This document shows, in pieces, positions 19,695 to 28,615 of a DNA stretch of 64,000 nucleotides. A program made the position numbers and the translations under genes. How positions within the stretch are numbered: position 1 is the first letter of the stretch; each line of letters opens with the position of its first letter. Source of the stretch: Bacilli bacterium. Lineage in GTDB: Bacteria; Bacillota_I; Bacilli_A; ML615J-28; CAG-313. A model generated the notes under the pieces. That model was given only the letters and a program-made list of their open reading frames with translations, made no database searches and was not told the DNA's origin. The DNA lies in assembly GCA_045119035.1 (NCBI GenBank), contig JBGVCU010000036.1:9060-73059 (forward strand), read 5' to 3'.

Positions 19695-20696
19695 TTGAAT
19701 AAAACACAAAAAATAGAAGAATATGTTTATAAATTTACTAATTTAGATTTATATCGAAGTCTTGTAGGGCCGATGAACATAAATTTAAATATGTTAATGT
19801 TAGAGATTGATGATGTTATTAATGAAGTATCATTTAATGGTGATATTTTATTAATCACTGAAAAAAAGCATAATGATGAGCTTTTAAAAAAATTTTTGAC
19901 TGTATATGAAGAATTATATGAACAAAAAATTAATTTAGAAATGCGAGATTTAGTGTATCTAATTAATGTTTTAAAATATAATAAAATTGATCTTTCAACT
20001 GTGTTAGACTTTTATTTAAGAAAAGAACCGATATTAAATACATCAACAGGAAGGAAGATATATCCAAAATCACTTACACAATATCAAATGTTAAAAGTGA
20101 TAGAAAATAATCAAGTAATTTTTGTATCTGGTAGTGCTGGTACTGGTAAAACTTATCTTGCTATGGCTTATGCAGTAAGCGAACTTAAGAAAAATAAGAT
20201 AAAAAAGATTGTAATTACACGTCCAGCAGTAGAAGCAGGTGAAAAGTTAGGTTTTTTACCTGGGGATTTAAAAGAAAAGGTAGATCCTTATTTAGTACCT
20301 ATTTATGATGCCTTAGATGATTTTTTAGGAAAAGAACAAGTAACAAAACTAGTTGAAAAAGGTATTATTGAAATTGCTCCACTTGCTTATATGCGAGGTC
20401 GAACATTAGACAATGCGTTTGTTATTTTAGATGAGGCTCAAAATTCAACAACAAGTCAAATGAGAATGTTTTTAACAAGACTTGGATTTAATTCTAAAAT
20501 GATTATAACAGGAGATGTTACTCAAATTGATTTACCGCATTTTGCTAGAAGTGGTTTAGTTGAAGCGTTAGGTTTATTAAAAGGTATAAAAGGATTAGAA
20601 TTTGTAACATTTAATAAATATGATGTTATGAGACATCCGATTGTAAGTAAAATTATTGAAAAATATGAACTAGGAGATAATAATGTTAAAGATTAA
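19695..20696 (+). CDS. phoH: PhoH-like ATPase
   Basis: Walker A GSAGTGKTYLA and Walker B ILDEAQN. TTG start with a GGAGTGA RBS. Confidence 0.85.
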   Translation: MNKTQKIEEYVYKFTNLDLYRSLVGPMNINLNMLMLEIDDVINEVSFNGDILLITEKKHNDELLKKFLTVYEELYEQKINLEMRDLVYLINVLKYNKIDLSTVLDFYLRKEPILNTSTGRKIYPKSLTQYQMLKVIENNQVIFVSGSAGTGKTYLAMAYAVSELKKNKIKKIVITRPAVEAGEKLGFLPGDLKEKVDPYLVPIYDALDDFLGKEQVTKLVEKGIIEIAPLAYMRGRTLDNAFVILDEAQNSTTSQMRMFLTRLGFNSKMIITGDVTQIDLPHFARSGLVEALGLLKGIKGLEFVTFNKYDVMRHPIVSKIIEKYELGDNNVKD

Positions 20697-21135
20697 TGTT
20701 AGTGGTGAAATAGATCAATTTGATTTTAATACCAAAAAATTAATAAAAAAGGTTGTTAAAACAACTTTAAAACATTTAGGATTAAAAAGAAAACATGAAA
20801 TTAATTTCTGTTTAACAGATCTAAAAACAATTCATCAATATAATTTAGAATATCGAAAAATTGATCGTCCTACTGATGTTATTTCATTTGCAAATATTGA
20901 CTCATCACTTGATAGAGTTCTTCCTTATGAACTAGGGGATATCTTAATTTGCAATGAAAAAGTTTTTGAACAAGCTAAAGAATATGGTCATAGTAATTTA
21001 AGAGAGTTTGCCTTTTTAGTAACACATGGAACATTACATTTATTAGGATATGATCATATGACAAAAGATGATGAAAAAGTAATGTTTAATTTACAAGATG
21101 AAATTTTAAACAAATTAAATATTACAAGGGAGTAA
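20683..21135 (+). CDS. ybeY: rRNA maturation endoribonuclease YbeY
   Basis: HGTLHLLGYDH zinc-binding motif, 150 aa. Confidence 0.88.
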   Translation: MLKINVSGEIDQFDFNTKKLIKKVVKTTLKHLGLKRKHEINFCLTDLKTIHQYNLEYRKIDRPTDVISFANIDSSLDRVLPYELGDILICNEKVFEQAKEYGHSNLREFAFLVTHGTLHLLGYDHMTKDDEKVMFNLQDEILNKLNITRE

Positions 21136-21138
21136 TTT

Positions 21139-21531
21139 ATGGAAATAAAATTTTTAAAAGCCAAAGAAGCGTGTAATAATTCTTATTCACCATATTCACA
21201 TTTTCAAGTTGGTGCATGTTTAGTTATGAAAGATGGTAATTTTGTGATTGGATGTAATGTTGAAAATGCATCATATGGATTAACAAATTGTGCTGAACGT
21301 AGCGCATTATTTTCAGCATATTCAAATGGCTATAAAAAAGAAGATATTTTAGAAATTGTTATTATGTCTAAAAATAGATTTAGTCCATGTGGAGCATGTC
21401 GACAAGTTATTACTGAATTAATGAATCAAGATGCTATCTGTACAATTTCTGATATGGATGGAAATTATTATCAAATGAAAGTAAGTGAATTATTGCCTAA
21501 TTCATTTAATGAGGAAGATCTACATGAATAA
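21139..21531 (+). CDS. cdd: cytidine deaminase
   Basis: CAERSA and PCGACRQ zinc-ligand motifs, 130 aa. Confidence 0.88.
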   Translation: MEIKFLKAKEACNNSYSPYSHFQVGACLVMKDGNFVIGCNVENASYGLTNCAERSALFSAYSNGYKKEDILEIVIMSKNRFSPCGACRQVITELMNQDAICTISDMDGNYYQMKVSELLPNSFNEEDLHE

Positions 21532-22429
21532 TTTTAAATCAGGTTTTGTGGCGATTATTGGACGTCCGAATGTTGGTAAAAGTACTTTACTTAACCAAAT
21601 TTTAAAAGAAAAACTAGCAATTGTTACACCAAAAGCTCAAACTACAAGAAATAAAATTCAAGGAATTTATACAACTGATAATGAACAAGTAATTTTTGTA
21701 GATACACCAGGTATTCATACTGCTTTTAATGAATTAGGAGAAGTTATGAATAAAATGGCATTTTCATCAATTGAAGGAATGGATGCGATTATTTGGTTAA
21801 TAGATGGAAATACTGAAATTACTGATTTTGATTTAGGTATTGCAAAGGAACTTCAAAAAGCAGATTGTCCGGTAATACTTGCTATCAATAAAGTAGATTT
21901 AGTGAAAGATGAAGAAAAAGTAAAGACAGTTATTAATCAATATAAAAATGCCTATGACTTTAAAGGTGGTATTACAATTTCAGCGATGTTAAATCATAAT
22001 GTTGATAAATTAATTGAAATGATTGTTGAATTACTTCCTTATGGACCTCAATATTATCCAGAAGATCAATTACTAGATCAACCAGAACGTTTTGTTGTCC
22101 AAGAATTAATTAGAGAAAAAGTATTGCTTTTAACAAATAAAGAAGTTCCTCATAGTGTTGCTGTTATGGTGGAAAGCTTTAAACAAAGTAAGAAGAATCC
22201 TAATTTAACTGAAATAATGGCTACAATTATTGTTGAACGTGCTTCTCAAAAGAAAATTATTATTGGTGAAAAAGGTTCAATGATTAAAAAGATCGGAACA
22301 ATGGCAAGAACAGATATTGTTAAATTCCTAGGAAATAAAGTGTATTTAGAATTGTTTGTAAAAGTTGAATCTGATTGGCGTAATAAAAAAAGTCAATTAA
22401 AAGAATACGGATATAAATTAGATATTTAG
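21524..22429 (+). CDS. era: GTPase Era
   Basis: G1 motif GRPNVGKST, DTPG, NKVD. C-terminal KH domain. The ATG at 21524 overlaps the cdd stop; the track's GTG at 21485 is less likely. Confidence 0.9.
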   Translation: MNNFKSGFVAIIGRPNVGKSTLLNQILKEKLAIVTPKAQTTRNKIQGIYTTDNEQVIFVDTPGIHTAFNELGEVMNKMAFSSIEGMDAIIWLIDGNTEITDFDLGIAKELQKADCPVILAINKVDLVKDEEKVKTVINQYKNAYDFKGGITISAMLNHNVDKLIEMIVELLPYGPQYYPEDQLLDQPERFVVQELIREKVLLLTNKEVPHSVAVMVESFKQSKKNPNLTEIMATIIVERASQKKIIIGEKGSMIKKIGTMARTDIVKFLGNKVYLELFVKVESDWRNKKSQLKEYGYKLDI

Positions 22430-22475
22430 CATAAATTAAACAAAACTGACTATCCTAATATTAGAGGTGTTGGTT

Positions 22476-22595
22476 TTGAATGAACTATGGGAAAAATTTT
22501 TAAAGACAGGAAAAGTAGAAGATTATTTGAACTATCGACGTGCTTTGGAACTTGGCAATGGAAAGAATAGTAAGAAAACAAGGAATTGTACTTAA
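22476..22595 (+). CDS. yqzL: YqzL-like small protein (39 aa, TTG start), absent from ORF track
   Basis: Translation LNELWEKFLKTGKVEDYLNYRRALELGNGKNSKKTRNCT. RBS AGAGGTG 6 nt upstream. A small yqzL gene sits between era and recO in Bacillus. Overlaps the recO start. Confidence 0.35.
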   Translation: MNELWEKFLKTGKVEDYLNYRRALELGNGKNSKKTRNCT

Positions 22596-23298
22596 AACAA
22601 GTGAATATAAAGAAAATGCAATGTTAGTTAAACTCCTTACTAAAGATGGAATAGAACAAATAATTGTAAGAGGTGCGCAGAAGTACACTAGTAAAACAAG
22701 GGTTTTAACTAATGTATTACAACTATTAGATTTTAATCGTACTAATTATTTAACGCCGAATACTTTAACAGAAGCAGTTGTTCTAAATAGCTACTATAAG
22801 ATTTCAAGCGATGTGATTAAATATAATATAGCTTGCTGTATGTTAGAAAAAATAATTGTCCTTCATGCAAGTATTACAAATTATAATATTTTATTTGATT
22901 TCATTATAGATATTTTCAATTTGTTAGAAGATACTTTATATCCAAAGGTATTGTTAAATATCTTTGAATTAAGACTTACCTATTTATTAGGAATAGGTTT
23001 ATCTTTTAAAGAATGCTTAGTCTGTGGTTCAAAAGAAAATTTATCATTTAGTATTCGTGAAGGTGGAGTGGTTTGTAATAACCATAAATATAATAAAATT
23101 ATTGATTTAGATTATAGTGATGCTCAATTAGTTAAAACCTTATATCTATACAATATTGATAAGATAAATGATGAATTTTTAAGTAGTTTTGATGAAAAAT
23201 ATGAAAAAATAGATAAGTTTATTAACATTTATTATAGTGATTATTTAGATTTTAGATCAAGAAGTAAGAAAATTTTGTCTCAAATATTAAATGTTTAG
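22558..23298 (+). CDS. recO: DNA repair protein RecO
   Basis: OB-fold N-terminus and CLVCG...CNNH zinc finger. Synteny era-recO. The start at 22558 (MERIVRKQG) is preferred over the track's 22540. Confidence 0.8.
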   Translation: MERIVRKQGIVLKTSEYKENAMLVKLLTKDGIEQIIVRGAQKYTSKTRVLTNVLQLLDFNRTNYLTPNTLTEAVVLNSYYKISSDVIKYNIACCMLEKIIVLHASITNYNILFDFIIDIFNLLEDTLYPKVLLNIFELRLTYLLGIGLSFKECLVCGSKENLSFSIREGGVVCNNHKYNKIIDLDYSDAQLVKTLYLYNIDKINDEFLSSFDEKYEKIDKFINIYYSDYLDFRSRSKKILSQILNV

Positions 23299-23301
23299 TA
23301 G

Positions 23302-23332
23302 TTAGCTCACCGAAAAAGTGAGCTAATTTTTA
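23302..23332 (+). terminator. rho-independent terminator after recO
   Basis: TTAGCTCAC-cgaaaaa-GTGAGCTAA followed by TTTTT. Confidence 0.75.
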
Positions 23333-23416
23333 TTTTAAACGTATCTTTTATTTGCTTTTTAACAAGAAAAATGATATAATAAGACGTAAAAATATTATAA
23401 TAAAAGGAGAAGCAAA

Positions 23417-24715
23417 ATGATGTTTAAAAAGATCAAAGGTATTCATATCGATGGTAGAAAACATATGTCTGTCGATAATGAAGTGATGTCATTTTTAAAT
23501 CCCAAATTTGTTTATTTTCCACTTGTCTCTGGAAATGTTGTTTACAAAAGACTAGTAGAAGATGGTGAAACAGTTAAAGTAGGTCAACAAATCTTACTTA
23601 GAACTGATCGTTTTTCTCATCCTGTACATAGTTCTGTAAGCGGAACAGTTAAAGGGGTTAAGAAAATGTGGCATCCATTTGGTAAAATGGTAGAAATGTT
23701 AGAAATCGAAAATGATTTCCAAGAAACACAACATGAAAGTATTGGAAACGGTCTAACTGAACTTACAAAAGATGCAATTGTTGAAAGAATGCATGATTGT
23801 GGTATTGTAGGTTTAGGTGGAGCTGGTCTACCAACATTTGTTAAGTACCAAAAAGTTGCAGATAGCGAATTATTATTAATTAATGCTGCAGAATGTGAAC
23901 CTTATATCACATGTGACCAAAAAAATATCCAAATTAATACTGATAAATTAATTCGTGGTATTAAATATGCATTAATCGCTAGTGGTGCAAAAGAAGCAAA
24001 AATCTGTATCAAAAACACAAAAGTAGAAGAAGTTCAAATCTTAGAAGATGCATTAAAAGATATTGAAAATATCAATGTATTCTTACTTAAAGATGTATAT
24101 CCTGCAGGTTGGGAACGTTACATCGTTGAAAAAGTAACTAAGAAAACTTATAAAGCTTTACCTACTGAAATTGGTGTAGTTGTAAATAATGTTGGTACAA
24201 TGATTGCTGTATGTGAAGCTGTTGAACAAAATCAACCGTTAGTACAAAAAATGGTTACATTTACTGGTGAAGGACTTGCACATCCATGTAATGTTTTAGT
24301 TAAAAATGGTACTAAAACAAGTGATGTAATTGAAGCAATTGGTGGATATGTTGATGGATTAACTGATGCATATTTTGTTGTAGGTGGTCCAATGACTGGT
24401 ACATCTATTATGTTTGATGAAGTAGTTTTACTTGCTGCATCAACTGCTGTATTAGTTAAACCAAGAGTTGATAGAATTACACTTCCATGTTTAGGTTGTG
24501 GTAAATGTGCTGAAAATTGTCCTGTATTCTTAACACCAACTGAAGTTAAGAGTGCTTTAGAAGACAAAGATTATGCTGCACTTAATGCACTTAATACAAC
24601 TGCTTGTATTCAATGTGGATTATGTTCATATGTTTGTCCATCAAGAATTGATGTAACTGAAACTATGAAAAAAGCAAAAGACGCTGTATGGAAATACAAC
24701 GCAAGTAAGAAGTAG
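23417..24715 (+). CDS. rnfC: Rnf electron transport complex subunit C (NADH-binding, 2x[4Fe-4S])
   Basis: GLGGAG NAD/FMN-binding region. Two CxxCxxCxxxCP ferredoxin motifs (CLGCGKCAENCP, CIQCGLCSYVCP). Confidence 0.9.
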   Translation: MMFKKIKGIHIDGRKHMSVDNEVMSFLNPKFVYFPLVSGNVVYKRLVEDGETVKVGQQILLRTDRFSHPVHSSVSGTVKGVKKMWHPFGKMVEMLEIENDFQETQHESIGNGLTELTKDAIVERMHDCGIVGLGGAGLPTFVKYQKVADSELLLINAAECEPYITCDQKNIQINTDKLIRGIKYALIASGAKEAKICIKNTKVEEVQILEDALKDIENINVFLLKDVYPAGWERYIVEKVTKKTYKALPTEIGVVVNNVGTMIAVCEAVEQNQPLVQKMVTFTGEGLAHPCNVLVKNGTKTSDVIEAIGGYVDGLTDAYFVVGGPMTGTSIMFDEVVLLAASTAVLVKPRVDRITLPCLGCGKCAENCPVFLTPTEVKSALEDKDYAALNALNTTACIQCGLCSYVCPSRIDVTETMKKAKDAVWKYNASKK

Positions 24716-24724
24716 GAGGTTCAC

Positions 24725-25852
24725 ATGAAGAAATTTTTATTAGGAAAAGCTCCATTTGTTCGTTCTACTGATACAAATGGTCCTTCAACAAACAGAATAA
24801 TGATTGATGTATTAATCGCACTACTTCCAATTGTGATTTTTACATTTATTAAAAATGGTTTATTACCATGGCAAAAAGATTTAACTTTAGGTTTCTATGA
24901 TTTAATTAAACCTTTAGTATTAGTTTTAGTAGGTGCTTTATCAAGTTTTGTATTTGAAGCTGCTTATTTTGGACTAATTTTAAAAACAAAAGGATTCAAA
25001 AATATTTTAGCAAAAACTTGGTATAGTTTTGCTATTATTCCTGGTGTTATTTTAGCATTACTTTTACCATTAAATACTGGAATTGGTGTATTAGTATTTG
25101 GATGTTTCCTTGCTAATATCGTATTCAAAATGTTATTTGGTGGATTTGGACATAATATTTTCAATCCAGCATTAATCGCTTATGCAATTTTATTCGTATC
25201 ATTTGGTTTAGGAGATTCTGCTCTTAACCTTAATCCGCTAGAAGCTACAAGTGGAGCTACTCCTCTTGGAAACTTTGGTTCTGTAACAGATATTACATAT
25301 GATAAAGTTGTTGCTCCATATGGATCATTATGGGATTTCTTCTTAGGTATGGTTCCTGGATGCTTAGGTGCTACATCTGGATTATTATGTGTTGTTGCAT
25401 ATGTTTATTTAGTAGTAAGAAAAGTTATTAACTGGAAAGTTCCTGCAATTTATGTAGCTACTTTTGCACTTGTTTCTTTAGGAATCGCTTTAGTAAACGA
25501 CTATGGTATGTGGTATGTATTATTTAACGTATTAAGTGGTGGTTTATTATTTGGTGCAGTATTCATGGCTACTGAACCAGTTACTACTCCTAAAAACCCT
25601 CTTGGATCTGTTTTATTTGCAGTAGGATTAGGTATTTTAACTGGATTATTCAGATATTGTGGTATGTATCCTGATGGTGTTGCAACTGCTATCTTAGTAA
25701 TGTGTATGTTTACACCTGTATTAGATCGTTTTGGAGCTGTTATTAGAGCTCGTAGAATGAATAAAAATTCTATTATTAAATTAAGTTGCGTTGCTGTATT
25801 ATATGCAGTAATTGCAGTTTATGTAATTGTTAGTGCAGGAGGTGCAAACTAA
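24725..25852 (+). CDS. rnfD: Rnf complex subunit D (polytopic membrane, FMN-binding)
   Basis: NqrB/RnfD family polytopic membrane protein. Gene order C-D-G-E-A-B. Confidence 0.88.
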   Translation: MKKFLLGKAPFVRSTDTNGPSTNRIMIDVLIALLPIVIFTFIKNGLLPWQKDLTLGFYDLIKPLVLVLVGALSSFVFEAAYFGLILKTKGFKNILAKTWYSFAIIPGVILALLLPLNTGIGVLVFGCFLANIVFKMLFGGFGHNIFNPALIAYAILFVSFGLGDSALNLNPLEATSGATPLGNFGSVTDITYDKVVAPYGSLWDFFLGMVPGCLGATSGLLCVVAYVYLVVRKVINWKVPAIYVATFALVSLGIALVNDYGMWYVLFNVLSGGLLFGAVFMATEPVTTPKNPLGSVLFAVGLGILTGLFRYCGMYPDGVATAILVMCMFTPVLDRFGAVIRARRMNKNSIIKLSCVAVLYAVIAVYVIVSAGGAN

Positions 25853-26934
25853 TGAAAAAGATGCCTCGTACATTATATTTATCATTATTCCTTTGTGTAA
25901 TTGGATTAATTGCTGGTTTAGTTTTAGGTGGACTTAACTCAATCACTGCTCCAATTATTGAAGCGAATAAAATGAAAGAAATCGAAAAAAGTTTTGCAGA
26001 ATTAGGTGTTACTGAATTAACTGATGTTGATAACAAATTAGATTCAGTTGTTAATGCTTATGGTGCAAAATATGATGGTAAAAACGTTTATGTAGTTACT
26101 ACTACAGATTCTAACCAATTTACAGAAGTTCAAGTTATTGCTGTAGTTGATGCATCTAACGGGAAAATTTTAAATGTTAAAGTAAGTGGTAACTCTGTTA
26201 TTACTACTCATGGTAAAGATGCTGAATTTACAAATACTAAATTAGGTTTAATTGGTATTAGTTCTGCTGAACAAATGTCTATGATTGGTGGAGCAACAGT
26301 ATCATCAAACAGTGTTAAAAACTGTTTAACAAAAGTTTTTGAACAAATCACTGCTTTAGGTGTTGAAGCATCAGTTCCTACAGTTGCAAAACTTGTTTCT
26401 TGTGAACAAGATTTAGAAGCTGTTATTTCTGGTAACTATGATTTATACAATGCAAAAGTTAATTTAACTTCTGCTAACTTCACTACAGAAACAGTTGTTA
26501 ATTTAACTGTATCATTTGCTGGTGGAAAACAAGTGTTAACTTGTGATCAAACATTAAATGAAGAAGAAGCTGCAGCTGTATTAAAAGCCGTTAAACAACC
26601 TTCAACATATTTTGTAAGTTGTGATGTTGCAAATAGAACATATGTAGTTGATTCTATTTTATCATTTGGTGGAACATTCACATTAAATGTTGTATTAAAT
26701 GAAGATAATACAATCGCTTCATTTACAGCTACTTCAACAAATTCAAATCCATCATTTACTGGTCACTATAATGACTATGATGAACAAATCAATGCATCAA
26801 TCGCAGGTGCTGCTGGTCAAGTTATTGGTGGAGATGCATTTGCAACTGTATCTGGTGCAACTGTTTCATCAAATACATTTAAAGCTGGTTTAGATTTAAT
26901 TGCAAAAGTTGTTACTGAAGGAGGTGCAAACTAA
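25852..26934 (+). CDS. rnfG: Rnf complex subunit G, unusually long with two FMN-attachment motifs
   Basis: N-terminal TM anchor. GGATVSSNSV in the canonical RnfG/NqrC position. A second SGATVSSNTF motif lies in an approximately 170 aa C-terminal extension. Confidence 0.85.
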   Translation: MKKMPRTLYLSLFLCVIGLIAGLVLGGLNSITAPIIEANKMKEIEKSFAELGVTELTDVDNKLDSVVNAYGAKYDGKNVYVVTTTDSNQFTEVQVIAVVDASNGKILNVKVSGNSVITTHGKDAEFTNTKLGLIGISSAEQMSMIGGATVSSNSVKNCLTKVFEQITALGVEASVPTVAKLVSCEQDLEAVISGNYDLYNAKVNLTSANFTTETVVNLTVSFAGGKQVLTCDQTLNEEEAAAVLKAVKQPSTYFVSCDVANRTYVVDSILSFGGTFTLNVVLNEDNTIASFTATSTNSNPSFTGHYNDYDEQINASIAGAAGQVIGGDAFATVSGATVSSNTFKAGLDLIAKVVTEGGAN

Positions 26935-27572
26935 TGAATCAAAAAGAAAATCTTCTTAAAGGGATTTTAAAAGAAAATCCTACATTTATGATGTTATTAG
27001 GTATGTGTCCTACTTTAGCTGTTACAAAAACTGTTGAATCAGCAATTGGTATGGGTATGTGTATTTTATTCGTTTTAGTATTCTCTAATTTAATTATTTC
27101 TTTATTAAAGAATATTATTCCTGGTGAAATTAGAATTCCTGTTTATATTGTTATTATTGCTACACTTGTTACTGTAGTTGAAATGGCTTTACAAGCATTC
27201 TTACCAAGCTTATTTAGTCAATTAGGTGTATTCGTATCATTAATCGTTGTTAACTGTATCATTTTAGGGCGTGCAGAAGCGTTTGCTTCTAAAAATGATC
27301 CAATTAGCTCAATTGTTGATGCTGTTGGTATGGCAATCGGATTTACTTTAGCTGTTGTATTAATCGCTTTAGTTCGTGAATTCTTTGGTAGTGCAACAAT
27401 CACTATTTGGGGAAGCTTACAACTTGATTGTACAAGTTGGATGAAACCAATTAGCTTATTCCAATCTAATGCTGGTGCATTCTTAACATTAGGATTATTA
27501 ATCGGTATTATTACTGCTATTACTAATGTTATTAAAGATAAAAAAGCTTTAAAAGAAGGAGGTAACAAATAA
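26934..27572 (+). CDS. rnfE: Rnf complex subunit E
   Basis: RnfE/NqrD family membrane protein (..LGMCPTLAVT..). Confidence 0.88.
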   Translation: MNQKENLLKGILKENPTFMMLLGMCPTLAVTKTVESAIGMGMCILFVLVFSNLIISLLKNIIPGEIRIPVYIVIIATLVTVVEMALQAFLPSLFSQLGVFVSLIVVNCIILGRAEAFASKNDPISSIVDAVGMAIGFTLAVVLIALVREFFGSATITIWGSLQLDCTSWMKPISLFQSNAGAFLTLGLLIGIITAITNVIKDKKALKEGGNK

Positions 27573-28138
27573 TGATTCAATTAGCTTTTACTGCTTTATT
27601 AATTGAAAACGTTGTGTTAACTCAATTCTTAGGAATTTGTCCTTTCTTAGGTGTATCTAAGAAAAAGAGTAGTGCTATTGGTATGGGACTTGCTGTTACT
27701 GCCGTTATTGTTATTTCAGCTTTAGTTTCATGGTTACTATACAATTTTGTATTAGTTAAATTTGATTTAGTTTACTTACAAACAATCGTATTTATCTTAG
27801 TAATTGCTTCTTTAGTACAAATTCTTGAAATGTTTATTAAGAAAACTTCTCCATCTTTATATAAATCTTTAGGTGTATTCTTACCATTAATTACAACAAA
27901 CTGTGCTGTTTTAGGTACTGCAAATGCTGTAATTTCTAAAGCTTACGGATTTGGAGATATGTTAGTTTACTCTTTATTTACAGGTCTTGGATTCTTATTC
28001 GTAATGTTTATTTTCTCTGGTTTAAGAGAAAAAATCGAAAAAGCTCCTGTTCCTAAAGCATTTAAAGGTGCTCCAATCGCCTTAATTGCTGCTGCAGGAC
28101 TTGCTATTATTTTTGCAAGATTAGGAGGAATCATCTAG
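27572..28138 (+). CDS. rnfA: Rnf complex subunit A
   Basis: RnfA/NqrE family membrane protein (..LGICPFLGVS..). Confidence 0.88.
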   Translation: MIQLAFTALLIENVVLTQFLGICPFLGVSKKKSSAIGMGLAVTAVIVISALVSWLLYNFVLVKFDLVYLQTIVFILVIASLVQILEMFIKKTSPSLYKSLGVFLPLITTNCAVLGTANAVISKAYGFGDMLVYSLFTGLGFLFVMFIFSGLREKIEKAPVPKAFKGAPIALIAAAGLAIIFARLGGII

Positions 28139-28139
28139 T

Positions 28140-28454
28140 ATGTTTTTAACTGTTACTGGTATTGTTTTCTCTGTTGCTGTTTTAGCTGTTATTGGTGCAG
28201 CACTTGGTGCATTAATTGCATTTGCTGCTAAATTCTTAGCTGTAGAAGAAGATCCTCGTATTGAACAAGTAACTAGTATGCTTCCTGGTGCAAACTGTGG
28301 TGCATGTGGTTACCCTGGATGTCCTGGTATGGCAAATGCAATCGTTACAGAAGGTGCAGATCCTAAAAACTGTAAACCTGGTAAAGCGGAAATGGTTGCT
28401 GCTATTAAAGAATATTTAAAAAAATACGAAGAAGAACATAAAAATCAAGAATAG
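28140..28454 (+). CDS. rnfB: Rnf complex subunit B, truncated form (N-terminal TM + Cys-cluster domain only, no ferredoxin domains)
   Basis: 104 aa: TM helix plus LPGANCGACGYPGCPGMANAI...C, the conserved RnfB N-terminal Fe-S motif. A terminator follows immediately. Confidence 0.75.
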   Translation: MFLTVTGIVFSVAVLAVIGAALGALIAFAAKFLAVEEDPRIEQVTSMLPGANCGACGYPGCPGMANAIVTEGADPKNCKPGKAEMVAAIKEYLKKYEEEHKNQE

Positions 28455-28467
28455 GAAATATTTAAAA

Positions 28468-28498
28468 ACACAATTCCATAAAGAATTGTGTTTTTTTT
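28468..28498 (+). terminator. rho-independent terminator after rnfB
   Basis: ACACAATTC-cataaa-GAATTGTGT followed by T8. Confidence 0.8.
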
Positions 28499-28615
28499 AT
28501 TGTCAAATAGTGTTGAATAATAACGTTTTCAATGTAAAACCATTGATATTTTCATTATAATAGAGTATAATTATAATGCTAAAATATATATTTTATATAA
28601 CAAGGAGAAAAAATA

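Noticed and set aside
24232-24567. 111-aa minus-strand ORF inside rnfC
   Set aside because: Antisense to the conserved RnfC Fe-S region and has no independent signals. Spurious.
26699-26893. 64-aa plus-strand alternative-frame ORF inside rnfG
   Set aside because: Out of frame within the rnfG C-terminal extension. His/Leu/Gln-rich translation with no features. The rnfG frame carries the conserved FMN motif instead.
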